Below the pieces are notes generated by a model. The model saw nothing but the letters and a program-made list of their open reading frames with translations. It searched no databases and was not told the DNA's origin. Position numbers and translations under genes: made by a program. This document shows positions 1-8,197 of a stretch of DNA of 64,000 bases, in pieces. Each line of letters starts with the position of its first letter. The stretch's first letter is position 1. The stretch spans positions 365,877 through 429,876 of the forward strand of contig OZ246405.1 in the NCBI GenBank assembly GCA_965231005.1, in the 5' to 3' direction. Source of the DNA: an uncultured Gammaproteobacteria bacterium. GTDB taxonomy: Bacteria > Patescibacteriota > Patescibacteriia > Magasanikbacterales > UBA922.

Positions 1-85
1 AATATCTAGATTCCAATACATACAAAGAGATTCTTTCACTTACCGAAGAAATATCTAAGATGCTCTGGAAAATCATTAACTAATT

Positions 86-115
86 TGTTAATTGCTAATT
101 GTTAGTTGTTAATTA
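86..115. repeat. Stop-saturated spacer motif family A (TTGTTAATTGCTAATTGTTAGTTGTTAATT), single copy at window start
   Basis: 30-nt A+T motif with TAA/TAG in all six frames. It recurs at 3801-4009, 9963-10140, 21893-22106 and 62066-62096. It sits directly upstream of the G+C-rich operon at 180-1360. Confidence 0.8.
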
Positions 116-122
116 TTAAGGT

Positions 123-157
123 TGACTTTTGTCTCTGTTTAGTGTAAAAAGAACGTA
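123..157 (+). promoter_or_regulatory. Candidate sigma70-like promoter (TTGACT-N17-TAAAAA)
   Basis: TTGACT at 123-128 with a weak -10 about 17 nt downstream. It sits ahead of a GGAGGT RBS and ATG 180. Confidence 0.3.
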
Positions 158-179
158 CAAACGAACCGTGGAGGTCACC

Positions 180-515
180 ATGAGTAGGGAAATTCTTGAG
201 TCAATGCTGGCGCATGCAGAGAAACATGATCTGGGCAAAGACGATCCAGTGTCTCTGCGTCATCGGAAGAATGCACGCACGCTGCGCGTTCTGCTCATCC
301 TGCGTCGCGGAACGGTTTGTTCGAACGTCACGGACCAGATTCGCGTTTTTGCCGAGCGAGGTGATGTGAATGGAGTTCGCATGCTCTGCACAGCGCTCAA
401 GCAAATGCCTTTGACGGGTCGACAGGCAGTCGGGCTCAATGGAATCGGCGTCCGATGCGAGAATGACGAGATCGCAGGAGTGCTGGCCTCAACAGCCGCG
501 CATTTCATCCACTGA
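180..515 (+). CDS. Hypothetical protein (112 aa), first gene of a G+C-rich four-gene operon
   Basis: ATG 180 is preceded by GGAGGT. A longer ORF runs from a TTG at 129. No recognisable domain. Confidence 0.55.
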   Translation: MSREILESMLAHAEKHDLGKDDPVSLRHRKNARTLRVLLILRRGTVCSNVTDQIRVFAERGDVNGVRMLCTALKQMPLTGRQAVGLNGIGVRCENDEIAGVLASTAAHFIH

Positions 516-527
516 GGAGGTAGGATC

Positions 528-851
528 ATGAACATTCCTGCTATGGTCGAGCGCTTTGAGGCGTTGTGTAGTTCCAAAACGACCTGGACTGAGTTCAATC
601 AAGGTCGGCTTGCAGAGCTCATGACGCTGGTGACTGGTGAGATCGATCGACGGATCAACTATGCACAAGTGTACGAGCTTCACAGTCGTACCAGCCAGCT
701 GGTCGACAACGTTTCGCCTCGGCAGCGGGACGAATTCCGTACAATGGTCGAGAAGGTTGCTGCGCGCCTAGAGTTGCTTGGTTCAAAATCAACAGCACCC
801 TCTGCCAATGGATGGACAGGGGACAATCCAGAAATGGGAGATCGAAAATGA
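528..851 (+). CDS. Hypothetical protein (107 aa)
   Basis: GAGGAGG RBS precedes ATG 528. It lies 13 nt after the previous stop. No recognisable domain. Confidence 0.6.
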   Translation: MNIPAMVERFEALCSSKTTWTEFNQGRLAELMTLVTGEIDRRINYAQVYELHSRTSQLVDNVSPRQRDEFRTMVEKVAARLELLGSKSTAPSANGWTGDNPEMGDRK

Positions 852-1117
852 GTGGAAACGGTATTGTCGCTGTTGACAGCGAAGAATTGGATCCAGGACT
901 CAGTGAGGTGGTGGCGTTTACTGGAAAGGTGAACGACCTTGACCCTGGCTTTGCTCTGGTTGAGCTGTTCCTTGTTGTGGATGGCACGGCTGATCGATTC
1001 ATGTGTGATCTAAGAGGCGATGAATCCGGTCAACAACAGTTTCGACAGATTCAACACGGAGATTTCGTCAGGATTCAGGTGCTCCGTTCTGAGCCTGAGT
1101 CAGACGCAAAGGAGTAA
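848..1117 (+). CDS. Hypothetical small beta-rich protein (89 aa), paralog of the next gene
   Basis: Internal ATG 848 has a GGAGA RBS and overlaps the upstream stop in an ATGA arrangement. The G.V.D..G...L...GD..I..L pattern is shared with the 1121-1360 product. Confidence 0.5.
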   Translation: MSGNGIVAVDSEELDPGLSEVVAFTGKVNDLDPGFALVELFLVVDGTADRFMCDLRGDESGQQQFRQIQHGDFVRIQVLRSEPESDAKE

Positions 1118-1120
1118 GAC

Positions 1121-1360
1121 ATGATCAACGATAACTCCACTGACAAAGAGGATCCACCGGACGAACGATTTGTCCCGGTCGTTTCAACTATTGGGATGGT
1201 CGAAGATGTCCATAGTGGAATGATGACCCTCCGGATGTCGCAGTCTGGTGATGAACCGTATTTCGAATGCGATGTTGGAGCTGATCACATTGCTGGGGTA
1301 GAAATCAAAGCTGGTGACATCTTCAGTATCGTGATTTTGCGTGAGCGCGAAGGTGATTAA
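1121..1360 (+). CDS. Hypothetical small beta-rich protein (79 aa), paralog of the previous gene
   Basis: AAGGAG RBS. Starts 3 nt after the previous stop. Confidence 0.55.
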   Translation: MINDNSTDKEDPPDERFVPVVSTIGMVEDVHSGMMTLRMSQSGDEPYFECDVGADHIAGVEIKAGDIFSIVILREREGD

Positions 1361-1399
1361 GGAGGACTATGGTGCAGGGTAAAAACGAACAGGAGTGAG

Positions 1400-1445
1400 G
1401 TCGGGTTTCTTGCGGGAAGTCCGACTCTTTTTTTATTTTTTTTAA
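1400..1445 (+). terminator. Rho-independent terminator
   Basis: Imperfect GTCGGGTTTC/GAAGTCCGAC hairpin followed by a long T-run, directly after the operon. Confidence 0.6.
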
Positions 1446-1483
1446 GATGTTAATATATGTATATTGACTATTAATTTTTTTTT

Positions 1484-2170
1484 ATGAACAGACTCAAATC
1501 ACTTACTTTTATTTTTGCCTGTCTTATTCTTGTTGGTGCTGGATGCTCGACTCAAGAATCTACTTTACCAGCAGATACATCAAGTTCAGACTCAAATCAA
1601 CCATCTATTGCGGTTGGAGAGCCAAATCCAAATATCCCAGAAAAGAAAGTTGAACAACCGGCTGAGCCAGTAAACCACCCGGAGGGTGACCAGCCTTCGG
1701 CTGGGAAAACAGAAGTTGTTCTTGAAAAGAAAGAAGTAAGTCAGCCACAGGCAGAGCCAGCGCCGGTTGAGAAAAAGGATAAATCATCTACATTTGCATT
1801 TTCAGGAAACAAATTAGCTGGGAATACAGTTCCATTTATTGACTACAACAAGGCTGACTATGAAAAAGCATTAAAAGAAAATAAGACAGTCTTATTGTAT
1901 TTTTATGCAACATGGTGTCCACTTTGTATTGCAGAACTGAGACATACTCATGCGTTTTTTGATGAAGTTACAGACACAAATCTTGTTGGTTTCCGTGTTA
2001 ACTTTAATGATGGAGATACAGATAAAGATGAAAAAGCACTTGCGCAAAAATATGGTGTTGCATATCAGCACACAAAAGTTATTCTTAAGGATGGTCAGCG
2101 TGTATTAAAGCGACCAGATACGTGGAAGAAAGATCGGTATCACGACGAAGTTGATAAAATTCTTCAATAG
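1484..2170 (+). CDS. Thioredoxin-like (TlpA/ResA-type) lipoprotein
   Basis: Signal peptide with a LVGAGC lipobox. WCPLC thioredoxin motif (YFYATWCPLCIAEL). Confidence 0.75.
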   Translation: MNRLKSLTFIFACLILVGAGCSTQESTLPADTSSSDSNQPSIAVGEPNPNIPEKKVEQPAEPVNHPEGDQPSAGKTEVVLEKKEVSQPQAEPAPVEKKDKSSTFAFSGNKLAGNTVPFIDYNKADYEKALKENKTVLLYFYATWCPLCIAELRHTHAFFDEVTDTNLVGFRVNFNDGDTDKDEKALAQKYGVAYQHTKVILKDGQRVLKRPDTWKKDRYHDEVDKILQ

Positions 2171-2176
2171 TTATAT

Positions 2177-2431
2177 ATGGAATCAGTGGAACTTATAGGT
2201 TTTATGGCGGGTACTTTTGGTGCGATCTCGCTGTTACCACAAGTGCTAAAATCCTGGAAAACAAAATCTACAAAAGACATTGCGATCTCTTGGACATTGA
2301 TAAGTTTGTGTGGTCAAGTTCTCTGGATGACGTATGGTTACTATATTCAAAGTGTTTCTTTGGTTGTCATGAGTAGCATTACACTTGCTATGGTAGTCTC
2401 GTTAGTTATTTTAAAATTAAAGTTTGGCTAA
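2177..2431 (+). CDS. SemiSWEET (PQ-loop) sugar transporter, 84 aa
   Basis: Three TM helices with an LLPQVLKSWKTKSTKDIS PQ-loop motif. Close in size and sequence to known bacterial SemiSWEETs. Confidence 0.8.
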   Translation: MESVELIGFMAGTFGAISLLPQVLKSWKTKSTKDIAISWTLISLCGQVLWMTYGYYIQSVSLVVMSSITLAMVVSLVILKLKFG

Positions 2432-2504
2432 TAACTATTTCAGCCAAAGGCTGACCACCCTTCGGGTGGAAATATTAAATTATAGATAATAAATATTATT
2501 CCGT

Positions 2505-3209
2505 ATGCAAGAAGGTACACTTTTATTTTCATTTATTGCAGGGATTGTTTCATTTCTTTCTCCTTGCGTTCTTCCTATTATTCCAGGATATTTATCATAT
2601 CTTGCAGGAACATCTGCAGATGGAAAGCCTGCATCAAGAAAGGAAATTTTCATTACCAGTATTTTTTTCGTACTTGGATTCTCAGCATTGTTTTCCCTTG
2701 TCGGTGTTCTGTTAAATTCTGCTCTTGAAGCATTTGCGTATGATGCACAGGTTTGGCTGTCACGAGTAGGTGGAATTATTGTGATATTTTTTGGATTGTA
2801 TTTAACAGGATTATTTAAGATTGGTTTTTTGCAACGTGAACACAGACTTCGAATTACACATCATTTTAAATCAAAAAAATTAGCAGCATTTATTTTTGGT
2901 GCAGCTTTTGCTATTGGTTGGAGTCCATGTGTTGGTGCGGTCCTTGGTGGGATTCTTGCACTTGCTGCAACACAGCCAGGAATTGCATTTAGTCTATTAC
3001 TCAGTTATTCCATCGGGTTTGGAATGCCCTTTCTTCTTGTTGGTGCGTTCACAAGTCAGGCTGCAAATATTATCAATAAATACGCTCGTATTCTCAAATA
3101 CATAAATATTCTTTTTGGACTTCTTTTGGTCGGTCTTGGTATTCTCATATTTACGCAAACGCTCAGTCAATACGCGTCTTTTGAAGTTTTGGAAAGCCTC
3201 TTATATTAA
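2505..3209 (+). CDS. ccdA: Cytochrome c-type biogenesis / thiol-disulfide transporter CcdA (DsbD family)
   Basis: LSPCVLPIIPGYLSYLAG motif and a second conserved Cys (WSPCVGAV). Polytopic membrane protein. Confidence 0.85.
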   Translation: MQEGTLLFSFIAGIVSFLSPCVLPIIPGYLSYLAGTSADGKPASRKEIFITSIFFVLGFSALFSLVGVLLNSALEAFAYDAQVWLSRVGGIIVIFFGLYLTGLFKIGFLQREHRLRITHHFKSKKLAAFIFGAAFAIGWSPCVGAVLGGILALAATQPGIAFSLLLSYSIGFGMPFLLVGAFTSQAANIINKYARILKYINILFGLLLVGLGILIFTQTLSQYASFEVLESLLY

Positions 3210-3307
3210 TTGTCATCTCGAGCGATCAGAGCGAGCCTGCCTGCCGGCAGGCAGGTCGAGAGATCTCTCCACTTCACTCGCTCCTCTCGCTCCGGTCGAG
3301 ATGACAA
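3210..3307. repeat. Palindromic element with CCTGCCTGCCGGCAGGCAGG core (copy 1)
   Basis: Perfect 20-nt palindrome at 3236-3255 inside a longer inverted repeat (TTGTCATCTCGAG ... TCGAGATGACAA). Confidence 0.8.
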
Positions 3308-3375
3308 ATGATACTTTATTGTATTGACTTTCTTTCTCTTTTGTGTAAGACTGTTATTAACAAAGGGGGTACACA

Positions 3376-3510
3376 ATGCACCGATTTGGAGCTTTGGCAG
3401 AGATCGCAAGATTCCTGAATACATCCAAGCGAGTCGCGTTTGGGATTGCTGTGGGAGTAGCAATGTTAGTATTTGCTTTCGGCTTTTACTTTGGCAAACC
3501 TGGCTAGGAG
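3376..3510 (+). CDS. Small hydrophobic protein (44 aa)
   Basis: AAGGGGG RBS 7 nt upstream of ATG 3376. One predicted TM helix. Below the 60-aa cut-off of the ORF track. Confidence 0.4.
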
Positions 3511-3516
3511 GTACGC

Positions 3517-3717
3517 ATGCAATGGGATCATGATTGGATGATCTATACGTACGGAACGATCTGGCTTGTGGTCCTTGCTATTATCTTTTATTCTGACCTG
3601 GTTCCAAACGCTGCTGCTACTCAACCAACCCAACCACAGATCACTGTTCCAGCTGACTCAAAAGATCTTCCCGGAAGATGGGTTTCAATCAAACACGAAG
3701 TTGAGCCTGTGGCATAA
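3517..3717 (+). CDS. Small membrane protein (66 aa)
   Basis: AGGAGG RBS. N-terminal TM helix (WLVVLAIIFY). Confidence 0.45.
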   Translation: MQWDHDWMIYTYGTIWLVVLAIIFYSDLVPNAAATQPTQPQITVPADSKDLPGRWVSIKHEVEPVA

Positions 3718-3800
3718 TGGTGTATTCAAAAACACCCGCCACAACACATGGTATGAACTGTCGTATTATGTGTTGATGTGGGTGTTTTTTGTGTTCAAGG

Positions 3801-4009
3801 AACAATTAACAAATAACAATTAACAACTTAGTATAGATTACTGTGAAGATTCGCATGTTCTATAGATATTACATACGATTTTTAACTTATCATTCGTTCG
3901 TTATAAAGATTCTATATATTAGATAATAAATAATAAATTTTAGAACCATCCTTATTTTTTAGAAACTTTCTATACGAGTTTGTTAATTGCTAATTGTTAG
4001 TTGTTAATT
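3801..4009. repeat. Family A stop-saturated motif, inverted pair around an A+T-rich spacer
   Basis: Reverse-orientation copy at 3801-3830 and forward copy at 3980-4009. It lies at the junction between the mid-GC cassette and nth. Confidence 0.8.
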
Positions 4010-4610
4010 TTTTTGTGATAGGATCATCTCCAGTTTTGTTCTTCGCTGGGCTGTACTCTCTTCCGTATTCAATCATGCGAAGTGTAAAATGTTTCCACTC
4101 AGATTTTGGAATAATGTTTATTAAATCTTGTTCAATTTTTTTTGGATCACGATGATTGGTCAATCCAAATTGATTTGAAAGTCGTATAACGTGTGTATCT
4201 ACTGCAATTCCCTCTGTAATTCCAAATGCTGCAGCAAGTACGACATTTGCAGTTTTTCTTCCTACACCAGGCAATTTTATTAAATCGTCTATTGTTTTTG
4301 GAATTTGTCCTTCATGTTCTGACAAAAGCATGTTTGCAGCTTCAATCACATACTTTGCTTTATTTTTGTAAAATCCAATAGATGAAATGTCATTTCTAAA
4401 TACATCTAAATCAGCATTGGCATAATCTTCTAGACTTTTATATTTTTCAAAAAGAGATTCTGTAACTTTGTTTACTTGTTTGTCGGTTGTTTGTGCAGAA
4501 AGAACAACAGCAACAAGAAGTTCCCAGTTGTTTGAGTAGTTGAGTGCTGGTTTTGGATTTGGAAATAGTTTTTGCAACTCTTCCAAAATAATAGATACTC
4601 GTTTTTGCAT
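3990..4610 (-). CDS. nth: Endonuclease III (HhH-GPD base-excision glycosylase)
   Basis: Helix-hairpin-helix motif LPGVGRKTANVVL and a catalytic Asp region. The C-terminus has no 4-Cys cluster and its last codons (KKLTTNN) lie inside the family A motif. Confidence 0.8.
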   Translation of the reverse strand: MQKRVSIILEELQKLFPNPKPALNYSNNWELLVAVVLSAQTTDKQVNKVTESLFEKYKSLEDYANADLDVFRNDISSIGFYKNKAKYVIEAANMLLSEHEGQIPKTIDDLIKLPGVGRKTANVVLAAAFGITEGIAVDTHVIRLSNQFGLTNHRDPKKIEQDLINIIPKSEWKHFTLRMIEYGREYSPAKNKTGDDPITKKLTTNN

Positions 4611-4652
4611 GATTAAATAATATCAGAGAACAAGATTATTATCTACTTCTAG

Positions 4653-4690
4653 TTGACTTAGGAAAAAAAATATGATTTTATATACATCTT
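4653..4690 (+). promoter_or_regulatory. Candidate promoter (TTGACT ... TATGAT/TTTATA)
   Basis: TTGACT at 4653. The -10 assignment is ambiguous. Confidence 0.3.
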
Positions 4691-4709
4691 ATGCACAAAA
4701 GGGGGTGCT

Positions 4710-4952
4710 ATGGACGGAAACGGTGAGCCGCGTTGGCATTTCAGGATGAAAGAGTGTGGAAATAGCGGCATTCTTGTCATCCACGGCGAAGAGATCGAAA
4801 TAAGATCAAAGCAGGAAGGCAACAACATCATGGCTGACAGGTTCAAGATAAGGGATTCGCAAACCGGCGAACTTGGTGAATGGCTTGCTGCTTCTGCTGT
4901 GATCATGGATTCCAGTCTGCCTGATTTTTCTGGGGTGTATGAGGCGCTGTAA
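4710..4952 (+). CDS. Hypothetical protein (80 aa) in a self-contained G+C-rich cassette
   Basis: AAGGGGG RBS. No recognisable domain. Confidence 0.5.
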   Translation: MDGNGEPRWHFRMKECGNSGILVIHGEEIEIRSKQEGNNIMADRFKIRDSQTGELGEWLAASAVIMDSSLPDFSGVYEAL

Positions 4953-4970
4953 GTGGAGTTTCAAGGGGAG

Positions 4971-5035
4971 TCTCTGACCATCATCACGGTGGTCAGAGAA
5001 AAACAAAAAATCTCGATGTGTTCGAGGTTTTTTGT
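4971..5035. terminator. Tandem hairpins, the second followed by a T-run
   Basis: TCTCTGACC...GGTCAGAGA and CTCGA-TGTGT-TCGAG hairpins, then TTTTTTG. Lies between convergent genes. Confidence 0.55.
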
Positions 5036-5047
5036 TTGGTAAAAGGT

Positions 5048-6478
5048 CTATGTTGCAGCAAGAATCTTTTTTCTTGTTGAGATAAATGTGATGAGCGTAT
5101 AAACAAAAATGCTTACGACAAATGGAACTATCGTTGCCCAACCATCAAATGCCTCTGTAAAATAATTATTTTTTATATAAAGTAATGTATTAGGTACCCC
5201 AAAGATAGTAGGAGTTAGGATAAAGAAGAATAGTCGAAGAGCTCCACCAGCAATTATGGAATAGAGTGCAGCAGTTTTGTTGGCAATCCAGAACGTTCCA
5301 AAAGCGAAACACGCAAAGAGTGAACAAAGGACGACGTCGAATGCGAGGGTCAATAGAATTCCTGGTTGTGAAATTCTTAAAGCAGTAATAACACCAATAA
5401 AACCGATGATGATTGTAAAGAATCTAGTATACGTCAACAGTAAATCTTTTCCACTATCAATTTTACTTTTTTTATGGAAAAGGTTTCTTGCTACAAGAGA
5501 AGCCGGTCCCAAAAGTGCTCCATCTGCAGTAGAAAATGATGCTGTAATTATTGCACCTAAGAAAAAGATAACAAGTATTGCAGGAAAGTTGTTTGAAAGA
5601 ATTTCAAACAGACCTGTTTCATTTGTAAAAATGAGTGTTGCTACACCAAACAATGCGAACATACTTCCTATAGTAATAGTTCCTATTCCTCCAAGGAGTG
5701 ATCCTCGCTTTGCATCTTTTGTTGATTTAGCCGCTAAAATTCGTGCAACAAAATCAACTGCAATAACATCGCCAAGACCAAGCGCGAGTATGGTCGCCCA
5801 ATTTATCACTGCTCCGTTGGAAGCAGAAGTAAATTGGCTTAAATCGTAAGCAGTTTCACTTATAAATATTTCTGTTCCAAAATTGCTTATCATGAGAAAG
5901 AGTACACCAATTATTCCGATTAAGAACGTGATAACTTGTATTGGATCGGTCACAACATCAGAGATGAAGCCTCCTGAGTAAGTGTATATGAAGATAAAAA
6001 TAAAACTAAGAATGACTGCTGAAACAAAGCCTATGTTAAAAAGGTTTTCAATGATTTGTCCTACTGCTGCAAGATTTCCAGCTAACAATATAGAAAAGCT
6101 GATAATCATAAGTATGGCAGCCATTCTTTCCACTGTTGTTCCAAATTTTTTTCTAAAATAATCTCCAATAGTAATAATTTTAGCTTTTCGTAGTGGCTCT
6201 GCAAAAAATAATCCTGCTAGAGTCAACGAAATTCCAAGACCAAGTGGTATTGTAAGCGCACTCCAAAATCCAAAGTCACGAGCCAAATGGAACAGACCCA
6301 TAGTGGCATTTCCATCGAGTGCTTGTTCCATTTGTGCAAAAATAACAAAGAAAAATGGTAGTGTGCCTCCAGCAAAAAGGAATTTTTTGCTTGAACCTTG
6401 TATTTTATGAGCAACAAAAATGCTAATTAAAAAAATAACAGATAAATATACTAAAATTCCGATTGCTATTTGAGACAT
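5048..6478 (-). CDS. Polytopic membrane transporter, probably sodium:solute symporter-like
   Basis: 476 aa with about 13 hydrophobic segments. The family call is tentative. Confidence 0.45.
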   Translation of the reverse strand: MSQIAIGILVYLSVIFLISIFVAHKIQGSSKKFLFAGGTLPFFFVIFAQMEQALDGNATMGLFHLARDFGFWSALTIPLGLGISLTLAGLFFAEPLRKAKIITIGDYFRKKFGTTVERMAAILMIISFSILLAGNLAAVGQIIENLFNIGFVSAVILSFIFIFIYTYSGGFISDVVTDPIQVITFLIGIIGVLFLMISNFGTEIFISETAYDLSQFTSASNGAVINWATILALGLGDVIAVDFVARILAAKSTKDAKRGSLLGGIGTITIGSMFALFGVATLIFTNETGLFEILSNNFPAILVIFFLGAIITASFSTADGALLGPASLVARNLFHKKSKIDSGKDLLLTYTRFFTIIIGFIGVITALRISQPGILLTLAFDVVLCSLFACFAFGTFWIANKTAALYSIIAGGALRLFFFILTPTIFGVPNTLLYIKNNYFTEAFDGWATIVPFVVSIFVYTLITFISTRKKILAAT

Positions 6479-6487
6479 AGAGAATAT

Positions 6488-6847
6488 TTATAATATTTCT
6501 TCATCTTCTTCTCTCCAAGCAGGATCAACAATACAGAGAAAAACTAAATCAACATCTCCAGTGTTTTTAATGTATTGCTTTGCATGTGGTGGAATCACAA
6601 TAGCATCTCCAACACCCACAGATTTTTTTTCATCATCAATATACATTTCACCTTGTCCGTCTAAAATGTAGTAGATTTCAGAGGTTGTTAATTTGTGAGC
6701 CTGTGACGTATCCCCAACGTTTACTATTGCGTGGGCAAGACTGTAGCGAAAGTCAACGTCATCCTTATTAGGATGCAAAATTTCTCGCAAACGTGTCCCA
6801 TCACCAGCAATAAATTCTTCACAATGTTCAAGTTTTTTAACTAACAT
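6488..6847 (-). CDS. Cupin-domain protein
   Basis: Small beta-barrel motifs (G.G.MYIDDE..SVGVGDAIVIPP..H). Confidence 0.55.
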   Translation of the reverse strand: MLVKKLEHCEEFIAGDGTRLREILHPNKDDVDFRYSLAHAIVNVGDTSQAHKLTTSEIYYILDGQGEMYIDDEKKSVGVGDAIVIPPHAKQYIKNTGDVDLVFLCIVDPAWREEDEEIL

Positions 6848-6886
6848 ATGGATATTATATATTAGATATTACATTATAGATAATAC

Positions 6887-8197
6887 CTATTCATCTTGAA
6901 TTGCAACGATAGGATTTAGATCGGCTGCTTTTCTTGCAGGATAAAGTCCAAACAGCACACCAACTGCAGTTGAAAATGATACACTTAGGAGAATTGAAAA
7001 TACTGAAATTTTAAATGTCCAGGAAAGTCCTTGATATTGAGCACCAAACGCGATAACTGCCGAAATAAATACACCAAATAAAATTCCAATCAGTCCACCA
7101 AATGCAGTAACAACAACTGCTTCAGTAAGAAATTGATATAAAATATTTTTTCGAGTAGCTCCAACAGCTTTTCGCAGACCAATTTCAAATGTTCTTTCTG
7201 CAACAGATACATACATAACATTCATAATTCCAACACCACCAACGAGTAAGGAAATTGCAGAAAGTGCAACAAGCAGCCATGTGATTCCTAGGATAATGGT
7301 CCCAACAATTTCCAAAGATTCTTCCATTGTGGTAACAGAAAAGTCATCTTTGTCTGGGTCAACAATATCATGACGTTCACGGATTAGCCAGCGGATTTCT
7401 TCTGCCGTTGTCTCGGCAAGACTATTATCAACAGTCTGGGCAACAATCCAAATAACATGATCCACACCCATAATTTTTTTCTGCGCAGTTTTTAATGGAA
7501 TATAGACGAGCCCGTCCATGTCAAAAAATCCAGTTGCTCCTAATCGTTCCATAACACCTACAACCTCATATGCTTTTCCTTCAACTTTTATAAATTTTCC
7601 TGCTGGATCTTCATTTCCAAAAAGTGTGTCAGCAACTGTTGCTCCTAAAACAATGACTTGTGCTGCAGATTGTTCTTCTGCTTCTGTATAAAATCTTCCA
7701 GACTTTGGATTGCCTTTGCTAATTTCAAAGTATGATGGAGTCATGGCAAAGACGCTTGGCCGCATTTTTTCTGTTCCATAAGATGCAACAACCTGTGTTG
7801 TAATTCCAGCATATGCATTTCCTACATTGTCTAGTCGCTCAATCGCTTGCTTATCTTTTGATGTAAGTGTTGTAATACTCACGCCGCGAGCGATTCCTGA
7901 TGCATTATCAAACGAGGCTTTTCCAGTAGAAGGAACTTTTATTTCAATGTTTATCCAATCATCACCAAAAGATGAGAGTTCATCCAATATTATTCCACGC
8001 AATCCGTTCCCTGCAGACAGAACAATAATCACCATTCCAATCCCAATCATGATGCCAAAAACGGTAAGGAAACTTCTTATCTTGTTCTTTTGGAATGTAT
8101 CAAGCGCAGATGAAAATACTGCCTGCCAATGCCGTTTTTTGTGATGGGGGATTGTAAATATTTTTTTCAATTTTTTACTCATATCGAAGTGCATCAA
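6887..8197 (-). CDS. ABC transporter permease (MacB/FtsX family)
   Basis: N-terminal TM, large periplasmic domain and a C-terminal FtsX-like four-TM bundle (ERTFEIGLRKAVGA). Confidence 0.8.
   Translation of the reverse strand: MMHFDMSKKLKKIFTIPHHKKRHWQAVFSSALDTFQKNKIRSFLTVFGIMIGIGMVIIVLSAGNGLRGIILDELSSFGDDWINIEIKVPSTGKASFDNASGIARGVSITTLTSKDKQAIERLDNVGNAYAGITTQVVASYGTEKMRPSVFAMTPSYFEISKGNPKSGRFYTEAEEQSAAQVIVLGATVADTLFGNEDPAGKFIKVEGKAYEVVGVMERLGATGFFDMDGLVYIPLKTAQKKIMGVDHVIWIVAQTVDNSLAETTAEEIRWLIRERHDIVDPDKDDFSVTTMEESLEIVGTIILGITWLLVALSAISLLVGGVGIMNVMYVSVAERTFEIGLRKAVGATRKNILYQFLTEAVVVTAFGGLIGILFGVFISAVIAFGAQYQGLSWTFKISVFSILLSVSFSTAVGVLFGLYPARKAADLNPIVAIQDE

Noticed and set aside
129-179. TTG-initiated N-terminal extension of the first operon gene
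   Set aside because: The GGAGGT RBS sits inside the extension and is optimally placed for ATG 180. A candidate promoter lies at 123-157.
5277-5849. 190-aa plus-strand ORF
   Set aside because: It lies antisense within the 476-aa transporter gene. It has no start signals, and its composition is driven by the opposite-strand codons.
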